NCBI RefSeq assembly: GCF_963506605.1
Contig: NC_083290.1
Coordinates: 36,146,001-36,210,000 of the forward strand
DNA from: Zootoca vivipara
Lineage: Eukaryota
Direction of reading: 5' to 3'
DNA length: 64,000 nt
Below the pieces are notes generated by a model, which was given only the letters and a program-made list of their open reading frames with translations, made no database searches and was not told the DNA's origin. This document shows positions 1-11,747 of the stretch, in pieces. The translations under genes were made by a program, and so were the position numbers. How positions within the stretch are numbered: the stretch's first letter is position 1; the number at the start of each line of letters is the position of its first letter.

Positions 1-279
1 ACTGAAGTGAATGGACCAAAGTTTGTCATGTACATCAAATCCAATGGGTCTACTCAGAGGAGCACTAAAACAGGCAACAGTCCTTAGGCTCAAAGTAGCC
101 TTGACATAAGCCACAGAATATGGAAGGTAAACGCAGCTGCAATGTCCAAATTCTGATGGAGGCTGCTTGGGGAACCAAGGACATGCAAGGAGCCAAAGAA
201 CACAAAGCCCAACACTCGGCAGAAACCAACCCAGGGCCTCCTTGCTGCACCCATTTCCTCCCGCGTCAGTCCCCCTCAC

Positions 280-3200
280 CTCGATGTAGATAGCTGCCGC
301 TACTTGTGGCATTCCGGCAAACTCCTGGTCCTCGAGAGCAGCGGTGATGTTTTCTACCATGGGAGGGATCCACCAGTGTCGCTTTCCGACAGCTCTGAAA
401 TGAAGAACCAGATCTGGGTAAGGAAGGGAAATACACTGCAGGAAGCAAACAGGGGCACAGTCCGATCCCGTGCCATAAACTCCGTTTGCCAGACCATTGG
501 GGAAGGTCACTGTGTTCTTCCTCTTACCTCACCATGGCAGCCAACCCCTGGCTGAAATTCTCCCGGCAGAAAAGTTGGTCAACAATGGCCGCCTCTACTT
601 GTTCTCCAGTGGTGCCGAGAAGGAGGTGCAGAACTTCCTTAGCCCCTCTGTAACCAAAGCAAGGCCAGTTTTATCAGGAGGGTCATTGCCAACCACTCAA
701 ATTCCTTCCCCATCCTTGCTCCCTAGCAGCAGCCTGAAAGAGAGCCTCCCTTGGAAAACCAAGCTGGACTGGCAACCCCCCCCCCCCCGAGGTTGAAGGG
801 AAAAGGACTCCATTGGCCCCTTTGCAACACACTACTCACCCGAGGAATTCCTGGTCATAATGGAAGTTGACAACCATCCCCAGGAGAGCGATCAGCAGCT
901 GCGGGAAGTTCCGGCGCACAGCTGCCTTATATACCTCCATCCTGAGGATGGTGTGCAACAAGCTGGTGAGATGTTGCTGGAAGAGAGAGAGGTGCAAGTT
1001 ACTTTCCCTGCTTTTCTGCAGAATACAGAAACCCCTTGATATTACCCTGGGAAGAAGGAAGCCAGAAAGCAGGTGGTTCGTCCTTACCACTTGGGTGGCA
1101 GATTCTGCCAAGGGGCTTTGGTAAAGCTGCTCGGCCATGAGATGGAGCAGTTGTTCTTGGTCGGCCGATGCCAAAACCTCCTTCCATACTCTCTCGCAGT
1201 CTCTGTGAATGCAAAAACAAGATCAATGGTCAGATTCAAGTCTTCTCCTTGCTGCCATGCCACACAGAGAGGAAATGGCAGCAAGGGCCATTTCTGAGCA
1301 AGCTCTGCATCTTGCCAACCTTTCCCTTAGCACAGTAGAACCTGGAGGGCTCCATACCTGAAGGGAAACTGGAGGAGGTATGCAACCACTTTCGCCAGGT
1401 GTTGGTGTGGCATGATGGACAGAGCAAAGGCGGCCATGTTTCTGCCCTGCACTGTAGGCCCCTGGGTGATCTTATAGAAGGCCTCCAGCAGCACCTCCAC
1501 CTGTCAGAGAAAAGGAGAGGGTTGCTGGGAGAGTACAAGGAAGCGGGGCTGTCTGCAGGCGGATCCCTCCATCTCTCATAGAAAGAGGGGCCCTTGACCT
1601 GTGCCACCACAGCCATCTTCCTTCAAAGGTACCACTCAGGGTCCTTGGGAGTTTTGGACCAAGGCAGCTCCAGGGCGCCAGTTGCCCTATCCATTCTTGG
1701 CCAAGAGAAGAAGCTTGCCAGTCTGCTCCCAGGTGGAGGAGGATTCCCCATTGCTGGACCCATGTTTCTCAGGACCCTTGGCTGAGGTTCTTGTCCTGAC
1801 ATTGCCAGGCCTCTCTAAACAAACATGTGTCCTGGCCACCCAATGGCATGAGGTTGCCTCCCCTACAGCAAAGTGGAGAATCTTCTTCTCTCCTACCTTT
1901 GCAGACACCTTACCTCCACTTTTGTGCCGCTAAACTGCTTGATGAACTCTTGCAGCAAGTGGGAGATGTCCAAGGGGTTGAAGCTGCTCTCGACAACCAG
2001 GTCACTGGCCAGGAAGCACATGGCCTCCAAGAGCTGCTGCGCAGGAAGATAGGCACCAAAGACCTGAATGAAGCAAGAGAGGAAGGTCAGAGCTGCCCAC
2101 AGGGCAGGGCTGGGGAGCATAAAGCCCAGGTGCTGTCTCTGCGGAACCCAGAACATGTGGCTTGAGAGACCGCTCTGCCTTGTGTGACAGTGACTTACCC
2201 TGGCAAGAGAGTAACAATCATTCACGAACAATTCAGGAACCGGTCCTCTGGTGGATTGGAGGACCTTCTGAGCTCGAAGGATGAGGGTTTGGTCCCACGA
2301 TGTTCGTGCCAGTGTCTCTGCAAAGGAAAGCCAAAGGGTTAGTTCGGGCCTTGCTCATCCCACCCCATGCTGGAATGCATTCCTTCCAGTATTACCTTCT
2401 TTGCGCTGCAGGATGGGCAGAAGATGGCAGAGGGCCTCTGCTGCCTGCTGCCTGCACTCCGGGTCTGGATCCAAAGCACACAGACAGGAAATAGCCACCA
2501 GTTGGCCAAGGGAGGATGCAGGAAGCGCTACCGATGGCTGAGAAGAGACCCAGAGAAGTGACTGATAAGAGAAGAGACCCATCACCATTTTCCCTATAAC
2601 ATTTTTATTAAATCTTCAAAACATTCCAAAACATTTAGCATCCTATACAGGGGTGTGTGTGTGTGAATAATTTCTTTTTGACTTCCCACCCCTCTTTTCC
2701 TGATGTTTGCTTTTTACTTCTTCTTACTCACTGGGGTTTGCTGTACTATGGCCCAGCTCTTTTCTCAAAATTGGTTATGTGCTGTGATGCCTGATTGTCC
2801 CTTGGGCCCCTTGCAGGGTGGGCCTGGAAGGGGCAGCCTGAAGGCCTTGTCAGCCCTGCATGGTTGCAATGCTTTCCTTCAGTAACTCACATATTCCTGG
2901 ATCTTCTGCAGGAGGGCGGAAAGATCTTGGAGCGCCTTCCTTCGGATCTTCCCACTCTTCATCCTGGTGACGACATCCATAAGCCTGGCCTTCAGCTGGT
3001 CCTTTCTGAAGCCGTCGGGAGGAGGATCAGCCGTGCCCAGAGAACCTGTGGTTGAGATGCTGAGGGGAGAGAGGAGGAGCACTTTTGTAAAAAGGTTTTA
3101 TTGCCTCCCATCCTTCAAAGACCCCAAGCACCACCACCATAGAAATGGACCGGGGTGGTGGTGATGGCTTTTGGAAGCAATTGATTACAATGTTTCCCCC

Positions 3201-6200
3201 TTTTAAAGACACTGTCTTATAACATTTTTTCCTCAAAAAAACACAGGGTGGCTTACTTTTGGTGGGGTGTCTTTTTTTATTTTATTACCGGCACGGTTTT
3301 TACAGCTCAGGGCGCTGGCTCAGGGCGCTGCTGGGCTCTCTTGAGTGTTTGGCGCTGCAGCAGCCGCCAGTTCCAGGTGGCGGAGCAGCAGGCGTCCTTG
3401 GCCGGGCCAGGCAAGGAAGAAGCAGTGAGCCCAGCGGTGGTGGCAAGCACGGAAGCGGCAGGAACGACGGTGGATGAGAAGGTGGAGTGCGGGGATGCAG
3501 CCAGCAAGGCGGGAGCGTGATCAGCTGTTAAGCGGCGCTCTTGGAGCGCCGCTTCACAGCTGATCGCGCTCCTGCAGTGCCGGCCGCATGGAGTGACTAT
3601 GTGAGGTGGAGGTGCCTGTGGGGGTTGGCTTATTTTCAGGGTATGTCTTGTATTTCTCAAATACTTAAAAACCCTGCCATGGCTTACTTTATGACTACGT
3701 ATTAAAAAAAGGGGAAACAGGGTACTGTGGGGCGGGGGGGGGCGGTTCGCATAGCATTACCTTGCATAAAGATCCTCCTCATCTTCCAGGCTGATTACTG
3801 ATATTTCATCCTCGTCAAAATCAATTCCCTGTCCATGAGAAAAGAGAAACAGGAACGTCAGAATGTGAAGAATGGATCAGACCCATTCATGTTTTTGTGT
3901 TGACCAGGAAAGCGCAGACGAGGTCGGTTGGGAAACAAACTGAAAATCTCTGTTCCCCATTTCCTTAGAGACCTTATTAATCCATTCATTTAGAGGATTT
4001 GTACCCCTCTCTTAGGGACGCGGGTGGCGCTGTGGTCTAAACCACAGAGCCTAGGGCTTGCCGATCAGAAGGTTGGCGGTTCGAATCCCCACGATGGGGT
4101 GCGCTCCCGTTGCTCGGTCCCTGCTCCTGCCAACCTAGCAGTTCGAAAGCACGTCAAAGTGCAAGTAGATAAACAGGTACCGCTGTGGCGGGAAGGTAAA
4201 CAGTGTTTCCATACGCTGCTCTGGTTTGCCAGAAGCGGCTTAGTCATGCTGTAGCAGGGGCCCAAAGGGCCCCAATTAAGGTGATAATGTAAATCCCTAT
4301 AAATTCTAGAACATGCTTATAATAGTGAATTTTGGGAACTTGTTGCTTTAAGAAACTGATGATCTAGCAAGATGCCGTTCTTTTACCAGAACAGAAGGTC
4401 AGCTAACACGCAAATCACAAAGAAGCAATTCATAAACTAGAACACAAATTGTTATATAGTACACGTAACACAGGTTCCCAACACGCATACTATCTCACAA
4501 TGTAACATCTTATTGAGAATCAAAGGCCTAGCTAGCAATCCTTGGCCTAGTTAGCAATGCTTATTGTGCATGTGTATTAGATTAGGTAATGACATACGTA
4601 TTAAATATGAAATGAGACAATGATGAATATCATAGCTGCCAAGTTATCCCTTTTTTTCAGGGATTTCCCATTATGCTGAATAGGCTTCCTCGCGAGAAAA
4701 GGGGAAACTTGGCAGCTATGTGAATATTAAAATATTAAATGATGTAATGCTTTATGTGATTGGTTAAATCAAAATCCTTTGTCTGAAATGTTATAAATTC
4801 CTGCCCGACCTTTGGGCGGGGTTGCAGTATTCCAAAAAGATTCGACTGTAACCTTATTGCTTTGCAATAAACAAAATGGACTCCTAACTCCTCTTGTCTC
4901 TTGAGTTTTATTGGCTAACTCAGAAGATAAGCCATTTTTGGCTTACAACAATGCTTGCCACATGACCCAGAAACTGTATGCTGGCTCCCTCGACCAGTAA
5001 AGCGAGATAAGCGCCGCAACCCCAGAGTCAGGGGTCCCTTTACCTTGTCCCTCTTTTAAGGCAAAAAGGCTCCAAGGGAGCCTTCCATGATATCAAATGC
5101 AAGAAACTGCACTCCCTAATGGTGGTTTCTTTTAAACAATCTGATCAACAAAAACTCAGAGACAAGAGGAGTTAGGAGTCCATTTTGTTTATTGCAAAGC
5201 AATAAGGTTACAGTCAAATCCTGTGTGAGTGCTTGGGGGCGGTTGGAGGATGGATGGCGGCTAACAGATTGAGATTGAATCCTGACAAGACAGAAGTACT
5301 GTTTGTGGGGGACAGGAGGCGGGCGGGTGTGGAGGACTCCCTGGTCCTGAATGGGGTAACTGTGCCCCTGAAAGACCAGGTGCGCAGCCTGGGAGTCATC
5401 TTAGACTCACAGCTGTCCATGGAGGCACAGGTCAACTCTGTGTCCAAGACAGCTGTTTATCAGCTCCATCTGGTACGCAGGCTGAGTCCCTACCTGCCCA
5501 CTGACTGTCTCTCCAGAGTGGTGCATGCTCTAGTTATCTCTCGCTTGGACTACTGCAATGCGCTCTACGTGGGGCTACCTTTGAAGGTGACCCGGAAACT
5601 ACAACTAATCCAGAATGTGGCAGCTAGACTGGTGACTGGGAGCGGCCGCCGAGACCACATAACACCGGTCCTGAAAGACCTACATTGGCTCCCAGTACGT
5701 TTCCGAGCACAATTCAAAGTGTTGGTGTTGACATTTAAAGCCCTAAACGGCCTCGGTGCGGTATACCTGAAGGAGCGTCTCCACCCCCATCATTCTGCCC
5801 GGACACTGAGGTCCAGCACCGAGGGCCTTCTGGCGGTTCCCTCACTACGAGAAGCCAAGTTACAGGGAACCAGGCAGAGGACCTTCTCGGTAGTGGCACC
5901 CACCCTGTGGAATGCCCTCCCACTAGAGGTCAAAGAGAACAACAATTACCAGACCTTTAGAAGGCATCTCAAGGCAGCCCTGTTTAGGGAAGCTTTTAAT
6001 GTTTGATGGATTTCTGTATTTTAGAATTTCTGTTTTGTTGGAAGCCGCCCAGAGTGGCTGGGGGAACCCGGCCAGATGGGCGGGGTATAAATAATAAATT
6101 ATTATTATTATTATCAACAGAAATACAACACACAAGGAAAGGGGGCAAGGAAGGCAGAGGAAAAGACAACTCACAAGCTCAGGCCTCAGTGTCTAGAATG

Positions 6201-6845
6201 TTGTCATCTCTCCCACTGAGGCAGCCTGATGAAATGGCTGCCGCCAGATGACAGTTGGGGGAGAGGAGGCCTGAGGGAGCTGGCCTGTCTCAGCAGAGCC
6301 CATGGCACTGTTTCTCATCCGTCCTTCCTCCAGGAGCAGAGCTCCGCCAGGCCTCCTGTCTCTCCCTCGCCTGCACCTGGGAGCAGCCCTTTCCTGCAAT
6401 GGACTCTGTGGACAGGTGGGTAGCAGGGCTCCCTGCCTCAGCTCTGCAGAAAAACCAGCTCCATCCGGCACCCCATTCCCCTCCACTTGGCCAGCCACTC
6501 ATGCTTTCTTTTCTTCTTCTGTTTTTCCCTTTCCCTTCCAAATTATAGTACAACATAACATCCAGCATGTAGAAATATAAATGACGCCTCTCCCAGATTC
6601 ACATGAACATAAACCAGAAGGAATCCTCTGTACAAAATAATATTCAATCGACTGTAATATAGGACACTGAATTTTCCTTTTCAGCATTCCTTCTCCCCTT
6701 CCAAAAACCTGGGCAAAGCTCAACCCTTTCTTTGATTTTGGATAGCTCTTTGCCAAACTTGGTGATACTATTAATATAGGTTCTAGAGTTAAGTCCACTG
6801 GCCATGGCAACCTCCACTTACCTCCAGGGGTCGTGGGGACGCCAT
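280..6845 (-). CDS. MROH (maestro HEAT-like repeat) family-like gene, copy A, coding exons 1-11; the 3' part lies left of the window
   Basis: GT-AG exons that join in frame: 6845-6822, 3828-3761, 3059-2891, 2537-2396, 2317-2199, 2063-1914, 1500-1358, 1202-1088, 976-840, 647-528, 394-280. Start AAGATGG is in strong Kozak context (MASPRPLE). MROH-like motifs include LGQLVAISCLCALDPDPECRQQAAEAL and NFPQLLIALL. Confidence 0.85.
3188..3722. mobile_element. Non-autonomous Tc1/mariner-superfamily (Tc2-like) DNA element in intron 2
   Basis: Imperfect TIRs TA|CAATGTTTCCCC ... GGGGAAACAGGG|TA. Absent from copy B (~21481). Confidence 0.75.
4250..4950 (+). mobile_element. Solo LTR (ERV-like) inside the Sauria SINE
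   Basis: TG...CA ends, 4-bp TSD ATGC (4246-4249 and 4951-4954), TATAAA near 4792, AATAAA near 4866. Absent in copy B. Confidence 0.8.
4631..4720. mobile_element. 90-bp hAT-like MITE inside the solo LTR
   Basis: TIR CATAGCTGCCAAGT...ACTTGGCAGCTATG; TGAATAT duplicated on both sides. Empty site in copy C (~45755). Confidence 0.85.
5221..6112 (+). mobile_element. 5'-truncated L2 LINE (ORF2 C-terminal 257 aa at 5233-6006, 3'UTR, (TTA)n tail), copy A only
   Basis: WMAANRLRLNPDKTE, SRLDYCNALY and HITPVLKDLHWLPV are L2 ORF2 motifs. ATCAACA flanks both ends of the insert. Empty site at ~46165. Confidence 0.93.
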
Positions 6846-7659
6846 CTTCTAATGTAGTGACTGAGCGAAGGTCACTACTGGCCACCTCTGCAAACCTCGA
6901 GATGCTGAAGATGCAGGACTGTTCAAACGGTCACAAGTTCCGTTGCTAGGCAGCGGCCCTTGAGAACATGGAATTCCCGGCCTCAGTGCCAATGTTCTAG
7001 GAGAGTCCATGTGGCCTAGTGGTTAGAGCAATGTGAATGCCATGCAACTCAAGGGTGATATATATATTCTTCGAAATGTACAGTTTAATACTTTTTATTA
7101 TTATTTTAATCCTGCTTTGCAGACTCTTGTTGTCTTGTAAAGCAGCTGACATTGATTTAAAAGAAGGTGAGACAAGTCCTGTTCTCAGGTTTAGAAACTC
7201 CAAAGACACCCAATGGAAGGGATGTGGAGGAACAAGGCAGAGGAAGAGCCCCTTTCCCAGGGCCCAAGGAGAGGCCTGAGATGGCCCCAGGCAAGTCCTG
7301 TCCTGCTGGTGCCACGCTGACCTTCTCCACCCCCAGCTCTTCTTGGACAGAGAGTCAGCCACTGACCCTGTAGGGCTTCATGCCCAACTTCAAGGGGGCT
7401 GTGGGGCTCAAGCCCCTCTCAGATTCCCCTGCGGGGCTTATGTGGGCCCCACAGACAGTGCCTGGCAAATGCGCAGGCTCACTTGAGTTGCAACTATGTT
7501 ATCCTACAGGTTCCAGGATGGGGTGGGTGGGTGTTTTGGGAGAATAGGTAGCCTGGCTCCAAGGGCCCATTGCCCTCACAAAGGGCCCTGAGCCCTGAGG
7601 GAAGAGAGGTGAGTTTCAGCAAGACCCAAGGCAGCCATTCAGCCTCTAGGCTTTTTTGA

Positions 7660-7722
7660 GGCGTCCGGAGGAGACTGGCGAAACAGGGCTTATATACACT
7701 TCCGCCCGCCCCCTGGCGACAC
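7660..7722 (-). promoter_or_regulatory. Putative core promoter of MROH copy A (GC box, ETS, TATA)
   Basis: Minus strand reads GGGGGCGGGCGGAAGTGTATATAAG, ~850 bp upstream of the ATG, and is conserved in copies A, B and C. Confidence 0.55.
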
Positions 7723-8932
7723 TTTTCCTTAGAATGTCCCTCGTTTGTTTGGGAAAATGGCCTGAAAGGTATGCAATTACAATGGTACCTCAATCCATTC
7801 CGGAAGTCCGTTCCAAAACCAAAGTGTTTCCAAACCAAGCTGCGCTTTCCCGTAGAAAGTAATGTGAAATGGATTAATCCATTTTAGACTTTTAAAAACA
7901 ACGCCTGAAACAGTTATTTAACATGAATAGACCATTGATCCATAAAATGAAAGCAATAAACATTGTACTGCAGTCACACAGATTCCCCTGGGGGGCTTAC
8001 ATGGGCCCCACAGGCAGCAGGCAGTCCCTGGCAAATGCTCCCCACCTGCTGAATTTCTGCCTGCCAGAATAGTAGTAAATGTAGAAATCAATCCAAAATA
8101 GAAGGAATAAAGAAAAGGGGGAAGAGATAACAAGAAATTCTGCTTCTCTTCCTCATGGAGCTTTAATGGCCAGGGAATGGCAAATGGTGGTAATTTATTA
8201 TTTTTTTTGCCTCCATTCATGGAGGCCACTTCAGTGACAGAAACCTCAAGGTAAGAAGGCCTCCTTTGCAGCCTCCACACCATCCATTCTAGAGGTGGAA
8301 AGGAGCCAAGAGACCCCTTAGACCCCAACTGAGAGGCCGAGGGAGATGGAGCTTTGCAAGCAGAGCCTTCTGCTTCAGGAAAAGTCTGGCTGCTTCTCTG
8401 GGAGCCATTGGCAGCAGCTCTGCCCACCCCAGAAGAGCCTGCTGGCTGATGAGCTCTATTGGCTAGCCTGGAGCGTCAATCAGCCAGCTAGGGAGGGAGG
8501 GCTCAACTTGCGAGGTGCCTAGCCAGGTAGGCTGCACAAGACAAGCAGGTTAGGGTGAGGGAAAAACTTTTACATTTTATTTCTTGTGACTTCAAGAAAG
8601 TGACCAAAGGCATCCCAAAGGGAGCAGGGGGCTCTGTGCGCCCGAAAGGGAACCTATCCGTCTTTGGAAGGCCAGGTGGCCACCCCAGCTGGGGCTTTGC
8701 TCCTGGATGAGTCCTTTCTGACTCCCAGGACTGTCCTGATGGTCAGGGAGCCTCTCTCAGCCGGCTCCGCCAGCCAGGCCTTGGGCAGCCCCTGATTCCC
8801 AAGGAGGACCTCCGGGCTCCCTGGCCCTTCTTGTTCTCCATCCTCGGCCACCTGAGCCTTGGGACCTCAGCTGGAGACACCCAGGACTTGGCAGAGCCTC
8901 CCTCTGTCTCTGCACAGCTTCTTCCTGTGGCG

Positions 8933-9245
8933 CTGACTCTCCAAGTGTCCCTCTTTCCCAGGGACTGTCCAGGATTTACAAAAGCCGTCTCAGTTCCTGA
9001 TTTGACTCCAGAATGTCCCACTTTTCCTTAGGACGTCCCTATTTTCATCAGAGAAATGTTGGAGGGTATGGAATTATGGGACCCCTGAGCCAAGGAGCAA
9101 AGTAACTATACAGCCTTTACAAGACGTGGGAAGGCAGCCCTGTATAGGGAAGTTGTTTAGTGTTTAATGTTTTATTATGTTTTTATATATGTTGAAAGCA
9201 GCCCAGAGTGGCCTGGGGCAACCCAGTCAGATGGGCGGAGTATAA

Positions 9246-9295
<50 letters not shown>

Positions 9296-9335
9296 GGACG
9301 TCCGTATTTCCAAAAGTAAAATGTTGGAGGGTATG
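8933..9335. mobile_element. Composite non-autonomous DNA element (hAT-like) containing an L2 3' tail and (AAT)n
   Basis: The ...AATGTTGGAGGGTATG terminus occurs twice (to 9070 and to 9335) around an L2 3' end homologous to ~5950-6100. Paralogues at ~26255-26650 and ~49843-50251. Confidence 0.55.
9248..9295 (+). repeat. (AAT)n microsatellite
   Basis: Direct observation. Length differs in copy B (26568-26610), and copy C has a mixed (AAT)/(AAC)n tract (50155-50211). Confidence 0.95.
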
Positions 9336-9876
9336 CAATCAGCCGAGATGGAAACACACAAGGGAGAGTAGTGTTTGTGTGGGAGGAGGAGGAGGAGGAG
9401 GAAGAGGCATGAAGGCATATTTGGGCCCTTTCTTGGAGTACTGGCCCAACTTGTTGGTGTGCAAATGTGGAGCCCTATGTTATAGGAAAAACCTGCTCCT
9501 TTTCCTCTATGGGGTATCCAAGAGCCCGTATAGAGTCCTTAAGTGGGTTCTCTATTGTTAGGAGAAAATAACCGAGGCAAACCAGAGTATATTGAGAAGC
9601 AAAGCAGCTAGTAAGCCTGATCTTTATTCAACAGTTGCAACAGGGTCCTCACTCACCACATGCAGGGAGGAGGAACCCAGAACAATGGTGTGCAAGCCCT
9701 TCTAGAGACTTTTGAAATTGCCCACCTTGTAGCTCAGTAAGATCCCTTTTAAAAAGAAGAGACACGAGAATCTGATTAAACTTAATGTAAAAGTAGTTTA
9801 TTCACAGATTAATTCAGGTTCACTGATAGATCCCTGAAGGCAGGCTTAGGTTACATAACTATATACAGTATATATA

Positions 9877-10109
9877 CATAGAATCATAGAGTTGGAAGAG
9901 ACCACAAGGGCCATCCAGTCCAACCCCCTGCCGAGCAGGAAACACCACCAAAGCATTCTTGACATATGCCTGTCAAGCCTCTGCTTAAAGACCTCCAAAG
10001 AAGGAGACTCCACCACACTTCTTGGCAGCAAATTCTACTGTCGAACAGCTCTTACTGTCAGGAAGTTCTTCCTAATGTTTAGGTGGAATCTTCTTTCTTG
10101 TAGTTTGAA
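9877..10109 (-). mobile_element. CR1 LINE 3' fragment
   Basis: (ATTCTATG) tail on the minus strand; WNLLPRSVVESPSLEVFKQRLD-type ORF2 C-terminus. Paralogues at ~27166-27398 and ~50800-51031. Confidence 0.9.
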
Positions 10110-10196
10110 CTGTTATGACATGACAGTTGACATGAACTGTCCCATAAGGGAATTAGTCCCAAGTGACTCCGACTGAGCAGTCACTTCTCCTAACAC

Positions 10197-10646
10197 CATA
10201 GCTGCCAAGTTCGGATCGTAAAGATCCGGGATCGGCAGCACGCGCATGACCGGAAGTTGCGTGACGCAACTTCCGGTGGCGCTTCGCCCTTCTATGGGCA
10301 CCAGAAAATGGCGGCGCCAGCGCCGGAAGTCGCTTCCGCGCATGACCGGAAACACGTAAAAGTGACTTCCGACGCCGGCGCCGCCATTTTCTGATGCCCA
10401 TAGAAGGGCAAACCGCAACCGGAAGTCGCGTCACGCAACTTCCGGTCATGCGCGGATGCGACTTCCGGCGCCGGCGCCGCCATTTTCTGATGCCCATAGA
10501 AGGGCAAAGCGGCACCAGAAAAATGGCCGCCGGGAAGAAGCAAATTAAAGGGACAATGCCGGGATTTTCTGCCAAACGGGAGACCGCCGGGAAAGGGTAA
10601 GAAAAAAGGGGTTTTCCTGGCGGATACGGGATACTTGGCAGCTATG
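10197..10646. mobile_element. GC-rich palindromic hAT-type MITE
   Basis: TIR CATAGCTGCCAAGT/ACTTGGCAGCTATG, 8-bp TSD CCTAACAC; empty site in copy B at ~27478. Confidence 0.92.
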
Positions 10647-11109
10647 CCTAACACACAGGAATGCAAAATGGAGAAGAAGAAAAACAGAACAACATGGGGG
10701 AACGCTTGTTCCTCTGCCCAGAATAGGCCACACCCACATCAAGTCACATGCAGTGGAAGTCTGTCCCAGCTCAGGAGGAAACAGGAGGTTTTCTCTTGAG
10801 TGGTACAAAACATCCCCTAACATGTCCACTGTAGGAATGTTGTACATGACTGCTATAAGTTTCACATCCCACAAAGACCACCCCCAAAACATCATACATA
10901 CTGTACCTCACAGAAGGAATCCAGTTTGCCAGGATATCTGTCACTGATTGCTTTACATTTATATTCTTTTGTGATGGTAAATTCCTTAATACCTGATTGC
11001 TTTACATGGGTAGCCTTTTTTAAATATATATTTCAAGGCTTTTATATGTTATTTTCTCTCTTATGGTTTTATCTGCAAAATGCCTAATAAAGGTTTGATA
11101 AGTAGTAAA

Positions 11110-11555
11110 ATAAACTTATTTATTTTTTGCAAGTATTTACAAAAAGTTGCCATAAACAAACCAAAAATATAATAGTAAATAATAATAAAAAATTATCACA
11201 ACCTAACAAAAAATACAATAAATAATAAATCTTTGCTTAATCAAAAAGCAATTTACATGATCTCACCAACCACCCCCTCCACCCACCTTTTTTTGTTTTC
11301 CAGCCAGTCTTATATTGCGCCTTTTTACTCTTCCTTTACTCACATGTATACCTATATCCTCACTGTCCCTTTTAATATTCATTGGTTTGGGCCTTCATAG
11401 ATCTGTTCTCGACAAAGCTTGCTATATAATCTTTCAATTTCCCCCCATCTTTATCCTTTTCTCATTTATTCCTTTAATCTCTGCTGTTTTTGTTGCCAAA
11501 TTATAATATGATATCATTTTTACTTGCCCATCCTCTTTGCTTGGTAGCAGCTTCT
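11110..11555 (-). mobile_element. Degenerate L1-like LINE 3' end
   Basis: Minus strand reads LPSKEDGQVKMISYYNLATKTAEI...KDYI, resembling the squamate L1 ORF2 terminus, followed by a T-rich 3'UTR and AATAAA. Confidence 0.55.
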
Positions 11556-11747
11556 GTGAGTGAAGTGAAGGGCTGTTTCTCAGAAGAGGAAACCCTGGGA
11601 GAGACTAGGGTTCAAATACCTCCTTACTCAGCTATGAAGCCAACTGGGTGAGCTGGGACCAGGTTGTAGGGATTAAATGAGAAGGCGAGAACTATGTATG
11701 TCATCTTGAGCTTCTTGGAGAAAAAGATGGGATATAAATTCAGACAG

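Larger units (their letters stand above)
4015..5046 (+). mobile_element. Sauria SINE interrupted by a solo LTR
   Basis: tRNA-like head GGGACGCGGGTGGCGCTGTGG...GGTTCGAATCCC and ACCTTT-type tail; the body resumes at 4951. Confidence 0.9.
9556..10990 (-). mobile_element. LTR-like sequence(s) with nested insertions
   Basis: Begins TGTTAGG, has minus-strand AATAAA near 9624 and 9797, and in copy B ends ...ATAACA at ~28085. Boundaries uncertain. Confidence 0.4.

Noticed and set aside
3045-3047. CACAG at 3046-3047 as the exon 3 acceptor
   Set aside because: It puts the CDS out of frame (stop within 6 codons). The AG at 3061-3060 has the better pyrimidine tract and keeps the frame.
4015-4095. tRNA-like sequence with A/B boxes (GGTTCGAATCCC)
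   Set aside because: It is the tRNA-derived head of a Sauria SINE, not a tRNA gene.
7918-9021. Minus-strand ORFs upstream of the promoter (MAEDGEQEG..., MGRAAANG...) as a long first exon or a separate gene
   Set aside because: Non-ATG starts, stops and frameshifts that differ between copies, CR1 and MITE interruptions, and no recognisable domain.
9175-9561. Poly-Ile/Asn/Tyr ORFs
   Set aside because: Translations of an (AAT)n microsatellite.
10240-10530. Palindromic repeats resembling a CRISPR array or a structured ncRNA
   Set aside because: No unique spacers, eukaryotic context, and bounded by TIRs and an 8-bp TSD, so it is a MITE.
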